Below, one piece after another: positions 52,734-62,881 of a stretch of DNA of 64,000 nt. Every line of letters starts with the position of its first letter. The stretch's first letter is position 1. A program made the position numbers and the translations under genes. The stretch is from Candidatus Eremiobacteria bacterium (GTDB lineage Bacteria > Vulcanimicrobiota > Vulcanimicrobiia > Vulcanimicrobiales > Vulcanimicrobiaceae): contig CAVTRC010000001.1 in assembly GCA_963737065.1 (NCBI GenBank), forward strand, positions 1,120,001 to 1,184,000. The letters are read 5' to 3'. Below the pieces are notes generated by a model. The model was not told the DNA's origin and searched no databases. It saw only the letters and a program-made list of their open reading frames with translations.

Positions 52734-53738
52734 CTAACGAAGCGCGGCGACTTGAGAGTCGATTTCGTCGAGGAACTTGCGTTTGGCTACGTCGTCGATA
52801 AACGATCCCTCGAACGAGTTTCGCGCGAGCGTAACGAGATCGTAATCGTTCAGATGCAACGCCTCCGCCGTGCGGGTATAGTTTTCGCCGACGTACCCGC
52901 CGAAGTACGCGGGATCGTCCGAGTTTACCGTCGCGACGAGCCCTGCGTCGAGCATCCGTTTGAGCGGATGATGCTCGAGATCCGTCACGACGTGCAATCT
53001 CACGTTGGAGAGCGGACAGACGGTGAGCGGAACGCGCTGCCGTCGCAGACGCTCGACGAGTTGCGGATCCTCCATACTCCGAATGCCGTGGTCGACCCGT
53101 GAAACGCGAAGAAGATCGAGCGCTTCCCAGACGTATTCCGGCGGTCCCTCTTCGCCGGCGTGCGCAACGGTAAGGAAACCTTCCGCGCGCGCTCGATCGA
53201 AGACGGTGAGAAATTTCGACGGCGGATTTCCGCGCTCAGCCGAATCCAATCCAACGCCGATGATGCGATCGCGATAGGGAATCGCGAGATCGAGCGTTTC
53301 CATCGCTGAGGGAACCGATTGATCGCGCAAGAAGCACATGATCAAATGCGACGTGACACCCAAGCGTGACTGACCGTCGCGTAGCGCGGCGGTGATCCCT
53401 TCGACGACCGTTTCGAAGGCAACACCGCGGCTCGTATGCGCCTGCGGATCGAAGAACACTTCGACATGACGCACGTTCTGCGCGCTCGCGCGCTCAAGAT
53501 ACGCGCTCGTCAGATCGAAATAGTCCTGCTCGCTACGCAGCACGTCCATTCCCGCGTAGTAAATGTCGAGGAAAGACTGCAAGTCGGTGAAGCGATACGC
53601 GGCGTGGACCGCGTCGACCGAGGAATATTTCAGCGAAATACGATTGCGCTCGGCGATCGCGAACATCAATTCGGGTTCAAAGGTGCCTTCGATGTGAAGG
53701 TGCAGTTCCGCTTTAGAAAGCTTGAGCGGGTCGATCAC
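52734..53738 (-). CDS. add: Adenosine/adenine deaminase
   Basis: KAELHLHIEGT, HAGEE, DHG, CPLSN, NSDDPAYFGG. Confidence 0.92.
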   Translation of the reverse strand: MIDPLKLSKAELHLHIEGTFEPELMFAIAERNRISLKYSSVDAVHAAYRFTDLQSFLDIYYAGMDVLRSEQDYFDLTSAYLERASAQNVRHVEVFFDPQAHTSRGVAFETVVEGITAALRDGQSRLGVTSHLIMCFLRDQSVPSAMETLDLAIPYRDRIIGVGLDSAERGNPPSKFLTVFDRARAEGFLTVAHAGEEGPPEYVWEALDLLRVSRVDHGIRSMEDPQLVERLRRQRVPLTVCPLSNVRLHVVTDLEHHPLKRMLDAGLVATVNSDDPAYFGGYVGENYTRTAEALHLNDYDLVTLARNSFEGSFIDDVAKRKFLDEIDSQVAALR

Positions 53739-53763
53739 TGCACCCGAGTACGACGGTATGCCG

Positions 53764-55626
53764 CTAGTGGCCTTTCCGCGTGCGAAGCATGCGATAGTCC
53801 CCGCTGCGTACGGTAATTCCACGCCCGTCGAACCACTCCAGCAGCGGCACCGCGTACTTGCGTGACGTACCGAGGAGGTCGCGAAAATCCGCCATCGTCA
53901 TGCGCCCGTTACGCTCGATGAACGATTGCACGTGGTGATGGATTTGCTCGATCTGCGATCCGCGATACAGCGCTTCGCCCACGCGAACGAGTACGCCGCG
54001 TACGAGCAATGTCTCGAACGCCTTCGGCAAGCCCGCAGATGCGCCGGCCTTCGCAGCATCGGAGACTGCGTTGAAATCCGCGGGAACGAACGGGGCGGCG
54101 GGATCGAACGGAACGACCCGGTCGAAAAACGCACGCTGTTCGTTGCTGAGCCTCGGCACGTGTTCCGTCGCCGCGTAGTACCCGCCGCGATGCGCAAGAC
54201 GACCCTCTTCCACGAACGCGGCGAGCAAACGAATCAGCGTCTTTTCGTCGCGCTGCATCGCGCGCGCAAGCGCGAGCGACGTCATCCCGCTCGACCACGG
54301 TTCGCGTTCGTGCGACGACGAGAGAACGGCAAGTATCGCGTCGAGTTGCGCTTGCGCAACGCCGGCCGACAAGTACGCTTCGGGACGCAATACCTTCATC
54401 GCTTCGGCGTTTTCGATCAGTGTCGCGAGCGCGCGTTGTACCGCATCTTCACGAAGATTCGTCGCAAACGCGATCTCGCGCACTTCGACCGGATCGCTTC
54501 GTCGTTCGCTCAGCGCTTCGAGTACGGTACCGAGCGCTGGATCACCAATCTCGAGTGCCGATGCGCCAGATTGCAAGCCGATGATTTCGCCGCCGCCAAG
54601 CAGCGCCTTCGGCGAAACGCGTCGCACAACGAAGTGCACGCCCGGAAACGCAAGCACCGGCGTCTTGAGAAACAATTCGCCGCGTAGCGTTTCAACGCGC
54701 TCTGGGGCACGTGGCAGCACCAGCGTTCCGAGTACTTCGGCCGAACCGATATGCGTGCGCACCGGCGTACGGCGTTTCAATGTGGCGATCGCTTCATCGA
54801 GCGGCGTAAACGACACATCGAACGTCGAGCGCGATTGGAACTGCGGATCGGCGACGACCTCGCCGCGCGCGATCTCGCGCGTTTCGATGCCCGGCACGTT
54901 GATCGCAACACGCGTTCCGCCGAACACTTCGTCTCGCGCTTGACCGAAGACCTGAATGCTGCGAACGCGAGCGGGCGCGCCGAGGGGCTCGATTGCGAGC
55001 GTGTCCCCTGTTTTGATGCGTCCTTGCATCAACGTTCCGGTTACGATCGTGCCTCGCCCCGCTAACGAGAAGACACGGTCGACCGGCATATAGACCGGTG
55101 CATCGGCGTCGCGCGGCTGCAGCGCTGCAAGTTCGAAGTTCAAGCCAATTTTCAGCACGTCGAGGTTTTCGCCGGTAACGACTGAGACGGCGAAAATCGG
55201 CGCGTTCTCGGCGATCGTGCCCTTTAACTCTCCGTGCACCGCACGGCAAACGTCGCCTTTGCGTTCCGGGGAAATGAGGTCCATCTTCGTCAGCGCCACG
55301 ACGATACGGCGCACGTTCAAATACCGCAGAATCTGCAAGTGCTCGACGGTTTGCGGCATCACGCCCTCGGGCGCCGCGATAACGAGCAGCAGCAGCTCCA
55401 TTCCCGCGGCGCCGGCCAACATGTTGTGCAGAAAACGGGCATGCCCGGGAACGTCCACGATACCGGCTTCGCTGCCGTCGGCGAACTCCAAGCGCGCAAA
55501 ACCAAGATCGAGCGTCATCCCGCGCACTTGCTCCTCGATCCAACGATCGGGGTTCGTTCCCGTTAATGCGGTAACGAGCGACGATTTGCCGTGATCAACG
55601 TGCCCCGCCGTACCGATGATGTGCAT
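53764..55626 (-). CDS. selB: Selenocysteine-specific elongation factor
   Basis: GTAGHVDHGKS, RGMTLDLGF, DVPGH, C-terminal winged helix SRKYAVPLLE. Confidence 0.96.
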   Translation of the reverse strand: MHIIGTAGHVDHGKSSLVTALTGTNPDRWIEEQVRGMTLDLGFARLEFADGSEAGIVDVPGHARFLHNMLAGAAGMELLLLVIAAPEGVMPQTVEHLQILRYLNVRRIVVALTKMDLISPERKGDVCRAVHGELKGTIAENAPIFAVSVVTGENLDVLKIGLNFELAALQPRDADAPVYMPVDRVFSLAGRGTIVTGTLMQGRIKTGDTLAIEPLGAPARVRSIQVFGQARDEVFGGTRVAINVPGIETREIARGEVVADPQFQSRSTFDVSFTPLDEAIATLKRRTPVRTHIGSAEVLGTLVLPRAPERVETLRGELFLKTPVLAFPGVHFVVRRVSPKALLGGGEIIGLQSGASALEIGDPALGTVLEALSERRSDPVEVREIAFATNLREDAVQRALATLIENAEAMKVLRPEAYLSAGVAQAQLDAILAVLSSSHEREPWSSGMTSLALARAMQRDEKTLIRLLAAFVEEGRLAHRGGYYAATEHVPRLSNEQRAFFDRVVPFDPAAPFVPADFNAVSDAAKAGASAGLPKAFETLLVRGVLVRVGEALYRGSQIEQIHHHVQSFIERNGRMTMADFRDLLGTSRKYAVPLLEWFDGRGITVRSGDYRMLRTRKGH

Positions 55627-56966
55627 TACGAAAGCAAATCGAAGAACGCAGCGATGATCTCGCGATCTTGATCGGGGGCGACGGTTCGCATGTCGAGCAG
55701 CACGCGTCCGTCCGCGATCCGGGCGACGATCGGTACGCGCCATGCGCGTAGGCGTTGCGCGAGTTGTTGCGCGTGCGGAGTCGTAACTGCGACGACGATC
55801 GAGGCGATCCGTGCGTGCGGCAGCGAGCCGCCGCCGACGAACCCGTCGCACCCAACGACGCTCGCATTCGCGATGGTCGCGGCAATGCGTTGCGCGCGTT
55901 CGCGCAATACGTCGAGCGGCGTGGAAAGCATCTTCAAGAGCGGTATCGATTGACGTGCCTGCGTGTTCCGATACAATCGTAGCGTCTGCGCAAGCAATGC
56001 AAGCATAACCTTATCGACGCGCAACGCGCGAACGAGCGGATTGCTGCGCAAGCGCGCAACGGCCCATCGTTCGCCTGCGACGATTCCCGCTTGCGGTCCT
56101 CCGAGCAACTTATCACCGGAACACGCAACGAGCGATAAGCCATCAGCGATTGCTTCTTGCAGCGTTCGTTCGTGCGGCAAGCCGTATTCCGCCAGATCGA
56201 CGAGGGCGCCGGTGCCCAAATCCTCGACGCTCGGAACGCCGGCGCGTTTCCCAAGCGCCGCAACGTCCGCGCCCGAGACATCCGCAATGAATCCCTCGAG
56301 CGAAAAGTTCGAGCGGTGCGAACGAAACAGCAACGCCGTGTGCGGCGTGAGCGCGCGTTCGTAGTCCGAGACGTATACTTTATTGGTCGCGCCGATTTCG
56401 ACGAGGCGGGCGCCGCTGCGTGCGAGGACGTCGGGAAGACGGAATCCACCGCCGACTTCGATCAATTGATTGCGAGCAATCACGACTTCCGCGCCACGTG
56501 CGAACGTGTCGAGAATCAATAGAATTGCCGCCGCGCAATTGTTGACGACGATCGCGTCTTGCGCACCGGTCAGCTCGCAGAGAATGGCCGTCGCGTGGTC
56601 GTAGCGCGAACCACGCTCGCCCGCGACGAGGTCGAACTCGACATTCGAATATCCGCGGCTCACGCTCCACGCGTGTACGAATGCCGACTCCGCGATCGGC
56701 GCGCGGCCGAGATTCGTGTGCAGCAGCGTTCCTGTCGCGTTGATGACGTTGCGCAGCTCTGCCGCGGCCGTTCTGTCGATCCGCTCCACCACGCGCTCGA
56801 CGATGAGATCGAGCGGCACGCCGTCGCGATCGGCGCGCACGCGATCGAGTTCTGCGCCGACCGCCGCGCGCAAAGCGACGCGCCCCACGATGTGCTCGTA
56901 GGGCGCGACGGCGGGATGCTCGAGGACGGTATGCACCGCGGGCACGCCGCGGAACGCTGAAGCCAC
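55626..56966 (-). CDS. selA: L-seryl-tRNA(Sec) selenium transferase
   Basis: VINATGTLLHTNLGRA, VNNCAAA, SGDKLLGGPQAG, RALRVDK. Confidence 0.96.
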   Translation of the reverse strand: MASAFRGVPAVHTVLEHPAVAPYEHIVGRVALRAAVGAELDRVRADRDGVPLDLIVERVVERIDRTAAAELRNVINATGTLLHTNLGRAPIAESAFVHAWSVSRGYSNVEFDLVAGERGSRYDHATAILCELTGAQDAIVVNNCAAAILLILDTFARGAEVVIARNQLIEVGGGFRLPDVLARSGARLVEIGATNKVYVSDYERALTPHTALLFRSHRSNFSLEGFIADVSGADVAALGKRAGVPSVEDLGTGALVDLAEYGLPHERTLQEAIADGLSLVACSGDKLLGGPQAGIVAGERWAVARLRSNPLVRALRVDKVMLALLAQTLRLYRNTQARQSIPLLKMLSTPLDVLRERAQRIAATIANASVVGCDGFVGGGSLPHARIASIVVAVTTPHAQQLAQRLRAWRVPIVARIADGRVLLDMRTVAPDQDREIIAAFFDLLS

Positions 56967-56987
56967 CGCGTTACGCCATGGTGTCGG

Positions 56988-57314
56988 TTATGCTACGTGC
57001 TTGGCGAGCATCGACGAGATGACGTTCTCGGGAACGTATCCAACGATGCGGTCGACGGGCTGGCCGTCTTTGAACAGAATCAAGCACGGAATGCCGGAGA
57101 CCTGATACTGCCCGGCGATGCTTGGGTTTTCGTCGGTATTCAACTTCACGAACTTCGCTTTGCCGGAGTTCGCCGAAGCGACCTTCTCGACGACGGGCGA
57201 AAGCATGCGGCACGGGCCACACCACGGTGCCCAGAAATCCACGAGAACGGGCTGCGATGCGCCCAACACTTCGTTCTGAAAGTTCCCTTGCGTAACGTCT
57301 GGCAATGCGCTCAT
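56988..57314 (-). CDS. trxA: Thioredoxin
   Basis: DFWAPWCGPC. Confidence 0.96.
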   Translation of the reverse strand: MSALPDVTQGNFQNEVLGASQPVLVDFWAPWCGPCRMLSPVVEKVASANSGKAKFVKLNTDENPSIAGQYQVSGIPCLILFKDGQPVDRIVGYVPENVISSMLAKHVA

Positions 57315-57330
57315 GAGTGTTTGAATACTA

Positions 57331-57468
57331 CCTCCGCTTACTCCAACCCGGGAGTGACCATGCAGGTTCCGACCTGGCGGAGGCGGTGGAAGCCTTTCCA
57401 GTCCTAGGCACGGATACCCGAAGGGTGCTTAAGCACGTGAGGGTCCCCGTAACGACGGAATGGGAAGG
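57331..57468. ncRNA. Candidate structured RNA, family unassigned
   Basis: At least six short helices including a three-way junction in the gyrA-trxA gap. Confidence 0.5.
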
Positions 57469-57469
57469 T

Positions 57470-59971
57470 TTACACCAGCTCCGCTGGCTCGCCCGTGATG
57501 CCGGTGACCTGTTCCGCTTGTTTCCCGAGGTTCGTAATTGCAATCACTTCGTTGCCTTCGCCGAGCCGCTGCAAGCGCACACCCTTCGTCGAGCGTCCCG
57601 CCCTGCGAATGTCGCGCACCTTGAGGCGGATCACTTGGTTGCCGCTCGTAATCATCAAGACTTCGTCGTCGGGCGAGACCATGATCTGGTCGACGACCTG
57701 ACCGATGTCCTCACGCTCGCGCGCAAACGCTTTGACGCCCTTGCCGCCGCGCGACGTATGACGGTAGTCGTCGATGGGCGTACGCTTACCGAACGCCTGC
57801 GACGTCACGAGCAGCACTTCTGTGCGTTCCGGCTCGATCACGTCCATCGCGACGATCGTGTCGCTGTCGTCGAGCGTCATGGCTTTCACGCCGCGCGCAT
57901 TGCGCCCCATCGGGCGAACGTGTTTCTCGTTGAAGTGGACGGCCATGCCTTGCGTCGATGCGAGGATGATGTCGCGCGTACCGTCCGAAAGATCGACCGC
58001 GAGCAGCTCGTCGCGGTCATCGAGATTGATCGCATTGAGGCCGTTCCGGCGAACGTTGGCAAACTCGGCAAGCGGCGTCTTCTTGATCACGCCTTGCTTC
58101 GTGATCATCACCATGAAGCGCCCGTCGACGAATTCGTGAATCGGGAAGACCGCGGTTACGTATTCGCCCGGCGGCAGGGTGAGCAGATTGACAAGCGCCG
58201 TTCCACGCGCCGTACGCGTCGTGTCGGGAATTTCATAACCACGCAAGCGATACGCGCGGCCCTTGTTCGTGAAGAACAGCACGTGATCGTGCGTCTTCGT
58301 CACAAAGAAGTTTCGCACGACGTCCTCGCGCTTTAGATTCGCGATACCGGTGACGCCGCGTCCGCCGCGGCTCTGCGTGCGGAACGTGTCGAGCGAAACG
58401 CGCTTGATGTAGCCGCCGACCGTGTACGTCACCACGACGTCGACGTTCGGAACGAGCTGCTCCATCGAGATCTCGTCTTCGGCCGGATGCACTTCCGTGC
58501 GCCGCTCATCGCCGAAGCGCTTTTTCAGATCGACCGTTTCGGTCCTGACGATGCCCGCGATACGGCGCGGGCTTTTCAGGATGTCTTGCAGTTCCGCAAT
58601 GACCTTGATCAGCTGCGCGTACTCGTCCTCGATCTTCTGCCGTTCGAGTCCAACCAGCGTGCGCAGACGCATGTCGACGATCGCTTGCGCTTGAATGTCC
58701 GAAAGTCCGAACCGCGACGACAGTTTCGTCTTCGCTTCGTCGGTCGTCTGGCTGCCGCGCACGATTTCGATGACTTCGTCGATGTTGTCGAGCGCGATGC
58801 GGTAGCCTTCGAGAAGATGCGCGCGTTCCTCCGCCTTGCGCAACTCATAACGCGTGCGGCGCGTGACGACGTCTTTGCGATAGGCGATGAAGTGCTCGAG
58901 CAATTGTTTGAGAGTGAGCACTTGCGGCTCGAGCGGGGTTGATCCGTTGGCCCGCGGCTCGCCGACCGGCACGAGCGCCAGCATATTGAAGCCGAAGCTC
59001 GACTGCAGCGGCGTGTGCTTGAAGAGCTGATTGAGCACGACTTTCGGCGTCGCGCTTTTCTGCAGCTCGACGACGACGCGCATGCCTTTGCGATTCGACT
59101 CATCGTGCAGCGCGGAGATACCTTGAATGCGTTTCTCCGCGTGCGCTTCGGCGATGGACTCGACGATACGGTTTTGATAAACCTGATACGGAATTTCCGA
59201 GATGATGATCTTGTGCTTGCCTTTTTCCTCGACGATCTCGGCCTTGCCGCGCATCGTGATTGAACCGCGTCCCGTTTTGTACGCTTCGCGGATCGCCTCG
59301 GTTCCGAGAATCTCACCGCCGGTCGGGAAGTCGGGACCTTTGACGACATCGCATAGTTCGTCGTCCGTCGCGTCCGGATTGTCGATCAGCAACGCGATTG
59401 CATCCGCAATCTCTCCGAGATTGTGCGGCGGAATGTTCGTCGCCATGCCGACCGCGATACCGCTCGAACCGTTGACGAGCAACTGCGGCAGCTTGCCGGG
59501 AAGAACCGTCGGTTCCGTTCCTTGGTTGTCGAAGTTTGCAACGAACGGAACCGTCTCTTTTTCGATGTCGGTCAGTAGTTCGAGCGAAAGCCGTCCGAGA
59601 CGCGCCTCCGTATAACGGTACGCTGCCGGCGGATCGGGAAAAATCGAGCCGAAGTTGCCGTGGCCGTCGACGAGCGGGTATCGCAGCGTGAAGTCCTGCG
59701 CCATCCGCACGAGCGCATCATAAACCGAGCCGTCACCGTGAGGGTGATAGCTCTTGAGTACCTCGCCGATGATGCCGGCGCACTTGCGGTGTTGCTTCGT
59801 CGGGTCCATTCCCATGTCGCGCATCGCGTAGAGGATGCGCCGCTGCACGGGCTTGAGACCATCGCGCACGTCAGGCAGCGCGCGCGAAGCGATGACGGAC
59901 ATCGCATAGGAGAGGTAGCTCTCCCGCATCTCGTCTTCGACGTTTACTGATTGGACGATATCGTTGTTCAT
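57470..59971 (-). CDS. gyrA: DNA gyrase subunit A
   Basis: [28 protein letters not shown], GyrA box QSRGGRG, beta-pinwheel repeats. Confidence 0.96.
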   Translation of the reverse strand: MNNDIVQSVNVEDEMRESYLSYAMSVIASRALPDVRDGLKPVQRRILYAMRDMGMDPTKQHRKCAGIIGEVLKSYHPHGDGSVYDALVRMAQDFTLRYPLVDGHGNFGSIFPDPPAAYRYTEARLGRLSLELLTDIEKETVPFVANFDNQGTEPTVLPGKLPQLLVNGSSGIAVGMATNIPPHNLGEIADAIALLIDNPDATDDELCDVVKGPDFPTGGEILGTEAIREAYKTGRGSITMRGKAEIVEEKGKHKIIISEIPYQVYQNRIVESIAEAHAEKRIQGISALHDESNRKGMRVVVELQKSATPKVVLNQLFKHTPLQSSFGFNMLALVPVGEPRANGSTPLEPQVLTLKQLLEHFIAYRKDVVTRRTRYELRKAEERAHLLEGYRIALDNIDEVIEIVRGSQTTDEAKTKLSSRFGLSDIQAQAIVDMRLRTLVGLERQKIEDEYAQLIKVIAELQDILKSPRRIAGIVRTETVDLKKRFGDERRTEVHPAEDEISMEQLVPNVDVVVTYTVGGYIKRVSLDTFRTQSRGGRGVTGIANLKREDVVRNFFVTKTHDHVLFFTNKGRAYRLRGYEIPDTTRTARGTALVNLLTLPPGEYVTAVFPIHEFVDGRFMVMITKQGVIKKTPLAEFANVRRNGLNAINLDDRDELLAVDLSDGTRDIILASTQGMAVHFNEKHVRPMGRNARGVKAMTLDDSDTIVAMDVIEPERTEVLLVTSQAFGKRTPIDDYRHTSRGGKGVKAFAREREDIGQVVDQIMVSPDDEVLMITSGNQVIRLKVRDIRRAGRSTKGVRLQRLGEGNEVIAITNLGKQAEQVTGITGEPAELV

Positions 59972-60272
59972 TCTAAATCCTGCGCCGCACGAACGCGCGA
60001 AAAAACGCAGCTATACGCCCCCGCACTGACGTTGCAGTGCGGGACCCCTTTACTTTTTCTGGAGAATTGCTTCTTTAATATATACGGCGTCTGCAGAACG
60101 TCTTCCCACACGGGGATACGCTCATCGTCGACGCTCAGGCGGTCGGGTTCGGCGGCGAAGAAGTCGTCGCGCCTCGCCGATGCGCGCCTTCGCCGCTTTT
60201 GCGTTCGTCTGAATGAGCGCAAGATGGTCTGCAACGGACTGATGGAGCTGCACTGCGAAATCGCCGCTCGAC

Positions 60273-60725
60273 ATGCCGCATCGATTCGCCGCAGCAAGCG
60301 AGCGCACTTTCGAAACGCAGCAAGCATTCGAACACTTTGCGTCCGCGTTCGCGATCACGCTCCGTGCCGGAGACGTGGTCGGTCTTTCGGGCGAGCTAGG
60401 CGCAGGCAAAACGACGTTTGTGCGAGCCGCCGTGCGCGCGCGCCACGGCGAAGATCAAACGTCGAGCCCGACGTTCACGTTTTGGCATCGGTATCAGGGC
60501 GATCCGCCTATCGATCACCTCGATCTCTATCGCATCGAGCATCCGCACGAACTGACCGAGCTCGGCCTCGATGACGCATTCGACGGCAGTTCGATCGTCT
60601 TCATCGAGTGGTGGACGCATGCGCCGCATCTGCTGCCGGAACACCGGTACGAGGTAACGATCGCCGGCGCGGGCGACGGCCCGCGGAGCGTAACGATTCA
60701 CCGACGGCCGGAGGCGACCCCGTGA
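60273..60725 (+). CDS. tsaE: t6A biosynthesis ATPase TsaE
   Basis: GELGAGKTT, SSPTF, HLDLYR, IEW. Confidence 0.93.
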   Translation: MPHRFAAASERTFETQQAFEHFASAFAITLRAGDVVGLSGELGAGKTTFVRAAVRARHGEDQTSSPTFTFWHRYQGDPPIDHLDLYRIEHPHELTELGLDDAFDGSSIVFIEWWTHAPHLLPEHRYEVTIAGAGDGPRSVTIHRRPEATP

Positions 60726-61393
60726 TCGTGCTCGGCTTGGACGGCGCGCTCGGCGGGTTCTCCGCGAGTGTCGCCGTGGACGACGCGATTGCCGCAGCGA
60801 CTTCCGTTGCGGGAAACGTTGCGCTCGAAGCTGGACTCGGGGCCGTGCGCGAGTTGCTGGATGCCGCGAATGTTCCATCGTCGCGGTTAGACCGCATCGC
60901 GGTCGGTGTGGGGCCGGGGACGTTCACGGGGCTCCGCATCACGGTCGCGTATGCAAAGTCGCTCGCGCAAGCGTGGCGCATACCGCTCGCCGGTATTTCG
61001 TCGTTCGACGCGCTGGAATACGGCTGCAGCGACGAACGCGCGCTGAGCGTGGTTGTCGGACGCCCGGGCATCATCTCCGCGCGCTATAGAGAGCGCTCAA
61101 CGCAACGGCGTGCAACCGGCCAGGCAAGCGACGTGCTCGCGCGCATTCTACCGTCGGCCGGTGTGGAACCGCTCGCTGTTCTCGGCGCACCGGAGGACGT
61201 GTTCGCGTCTCTCGCCGAAGCCGGTTTCGTCGTGAAGCGTCGCTCGCCGGCCGTTACGCCACCCGCCGCAGCTCTTGCGCTTGCAGGCGCGCACGCCGCT
61301 GCAGCCGCGAGCCTTCATGAAGTACGCGCCGATTACGGCGAAGCGCCCGCGGCAACCGTTCCGCTCTTTCGGCCGACGCAGCGCACGCGATGA
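60722..61393 (+). CDS. tsaB: t6A biosynthesis protein TsaB
   Basis: VGVGPGTFTGLRI; GTGA overlap with tsaE. Confidence 0.92.
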   Translation: MIVLGLDGALGGFSASVAVDDAIAAATSVAGNVALEAGLGAVRELLDAANVPSSRLDRIAVGVGPGTFTGLRITVAYAKSLAQAWRIPLAGISSFDALEYGCSDERALSVVVGRPGIISARYRERSTQRRATGQASDVLARILPSAGVEPLAVLGAPEDVFASLAEAGFVVKRRSPAVTPPAAALALAGAHAAAAASLHEVRADYGEAPAATVPLFRPTQRTR

Positions 61394-61926
61394 AAGCCGA
61401 ACTGAATCCGTCGTCCGCAGGCACGCCGCAGCGCATGGAGATCGTGCCGATGGCCGCGAGCGACATCTCGCACGTTCTGCGCATTGAACACGCGTCGTTT
61501 TCCACGACGTGGCCCTCCGATGCGTTCTTCAACGAACTGACGACAAACAAGCTCGCGCACTACTACGTGGGACGCATCGACGGCAAGATTATGGCGTACG
61601 GCGGCATCTGGGTGATCTTCGAAGATTCGCACATCACGACGATTGCCGTCGATCCGGAATTTCGCGGGCAGAAATATGGCGAAGTGATGTTGCTCAAACT
61701 CATCGACGAAGCGATCGCGCGCGGCGCGGCGTGGATGACGCTCGAAGTGCGCGAGAGCAACGTTGCGGCGCAGCAGCTCTACCGCAAATACGGATTTACG
61801 ACGGTCACGACGCGCAAGGGCTACTACAGCGACAACAACGAGAACGCCCTCGTCATGTGGGCCGGAAACTTAAAGGGCGATCTCTATCACGCCCGCCTTA
61901 CCGCGCTACGCGCGCGATTTCAGTAG
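61390..61926 (+). CDS. rimI: Ribosomal protein S18 N-acetyltransferase
   Basis: HITTIAV, LEVRESNVAAQQLY, RKGYY..ENALVM. Confidence 0.92.
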   Translation: MKAELNPSSAGTPQRMEIVPMAASDISHVLRIEHASFSTTWPSDAFFNELTTNKLAHYYVGRIDGKIMAYGGIWVIFEDSHITTIAVDPEFRGQKYGEVMLLKLIDEAIARGAAWMTLEVRESNVAAQQLYRKYGFTTVTTRKGYYSDNNENALVMWAGNLKGDLYHARLTALRARFQ

Positions 61927-61938
61927 CGGAGCGCGGTT

Positions 61939-62547
61939 CTGCACTTTACCGCTCTCGCGCGACGCGTTCGCGAACATCTCGGTCAAGGGCACCGCTACGA
62001 GCACGTCGTGCGCGTTGCGCGATGCGCGGATATTCTCGCGCAGATTCACGGCCTCAATACGCGCAAGGCGCGTCTTGCGGGCATGCTGCACGATCTCGCG
62101 CGCCTGTATCCGGCGAGACGATTGATCGGTGAATGCGAATTGCGTGGGATGACGATCGATCCCTTCGAACGCGCGAACCCGATCGTGCTGCATGCCCGCC
62201 TCGGCGCGTCGATCGCGCAGGAGAGTTTCGGCGTGCACGATCCCGAGGTGCTTTCCGCCATCCGCAAACATACCGTCGCGGCGGCGGATATGTCACCGCT
62301 CGACTGCGTCGTGTATCTTGCAGATGGATTAGAGCCGGGCCGCAAGTATGCCGAGCGCGGGAAGCTTTGGCGCTTAGCCTGCGCCGATTTACGCGCGGCG
62401 ATGGGCGCGACGATCGCGCACACTTTGGGGTATCTGGAACATCAGGGGCTGCCCGCCGCTCCGCAGACGGTAGCAGCCGCCAAAACATATCAATACGGGC
62501 CCGATGCGCAAGCGCGGGCTTCGCACAGGGGGCTTCGACATCGCTGA
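61939..62547 (+). CDS. yqeK: HD-domain Ap4A hydrolase YqeK
   Basis: RYEH, LHDLA, LHA, AIRKHT, YLAD.LEPGR; start inferred at CTG 61939. Confidence 0.88.
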   Translation: MHFTALARRVREHLGQGHRYEHVVRVARCADILAQIHGLNTRKARLAGMLHDLARLYPARRLIGECELRGMTIDPFERANPIVLHARLGASIAQESFGVHDPEVLSAIRKHTVAAADMSPLDCVVYLADGLEPGRKYAERGKLWRLACADLRAAMGATIAHTLGYLEHQGLPAAPQTVAAAKTYQYGPDAQARASHRGLRHR

Positions 62548-62881
62548 ATTGATCGACGTCGTGCGCGACGCCGCGCTGGACCGCAAGGGCGAAGAGTTCA
62601 CGACCATTGACGTGAGCGGGCGTACGATTCTCGCGGACACGTTTGCCCTGGTGACCGGACGGTCCAAGATTCAAGCGCGTGCGATCGCCGATGCGGTCGT
62701 CGATCGCGCGAAAGCGGAAGGCTTTGCCGTTACACGAGTCGAGGGTTACAACGAAGGCACGTGGATTCTTATCGATCTCGGCCACGTGATCGTCCACGTC
62801 TTTACGGCGGATCAGCGCCAGTTCTACAACCTCGAACGCTTGTGGAGTGAGGTCGAGAAACGCCAGGCACAGTCATCATGA
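62504..62881 (+). CDS. rsfS: Ribosome silencing factor
   Basis: DRKGE, WILIDLG.VIVHVF...RQFYNLERLW. Confidence 0.93.
   Translation: MRKRGLRTGGFDIAELIDVVRDAALDRKGEEFTTIDVSGRTILADTFALVTGRSKIQARAIADAVVDRAKAEGFAVTRVEGYNEGTWILIDLGHVIVHVFTADQRQFYNLERLWSEVEKRQAQSS

Noticed and set aside
57368..57412. ZTP or SAH riboswitch-like fragments (GACCTGGCG, CCTAGGCA, GCCAGGTCGG)
   Set aside because: The other required consensus elements are missing and the orientation or gene context does not fit.
57380..57450. SRP (4.5S) RNA, suggested by minus-strand CCTAGGACTGGAAAGG
   Set aside because: The conserved AGCAG half of the helix 8 loop and a long closing stem are absent.
57317..58336. Long antisense or alternate-frame ORFs (also 1366-2343, 5863-6945, 27526-28665)
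   Set aside because: Shadow ORFs of high-GC coding sequence that overlap well-supported genes.
60122..60327. Small minus-strand ORFs between gyrA and tsaE
   Set aside because: No recognisable motif or RBS, and they overlap the tsaE start; the region is probably a divergent promoter.
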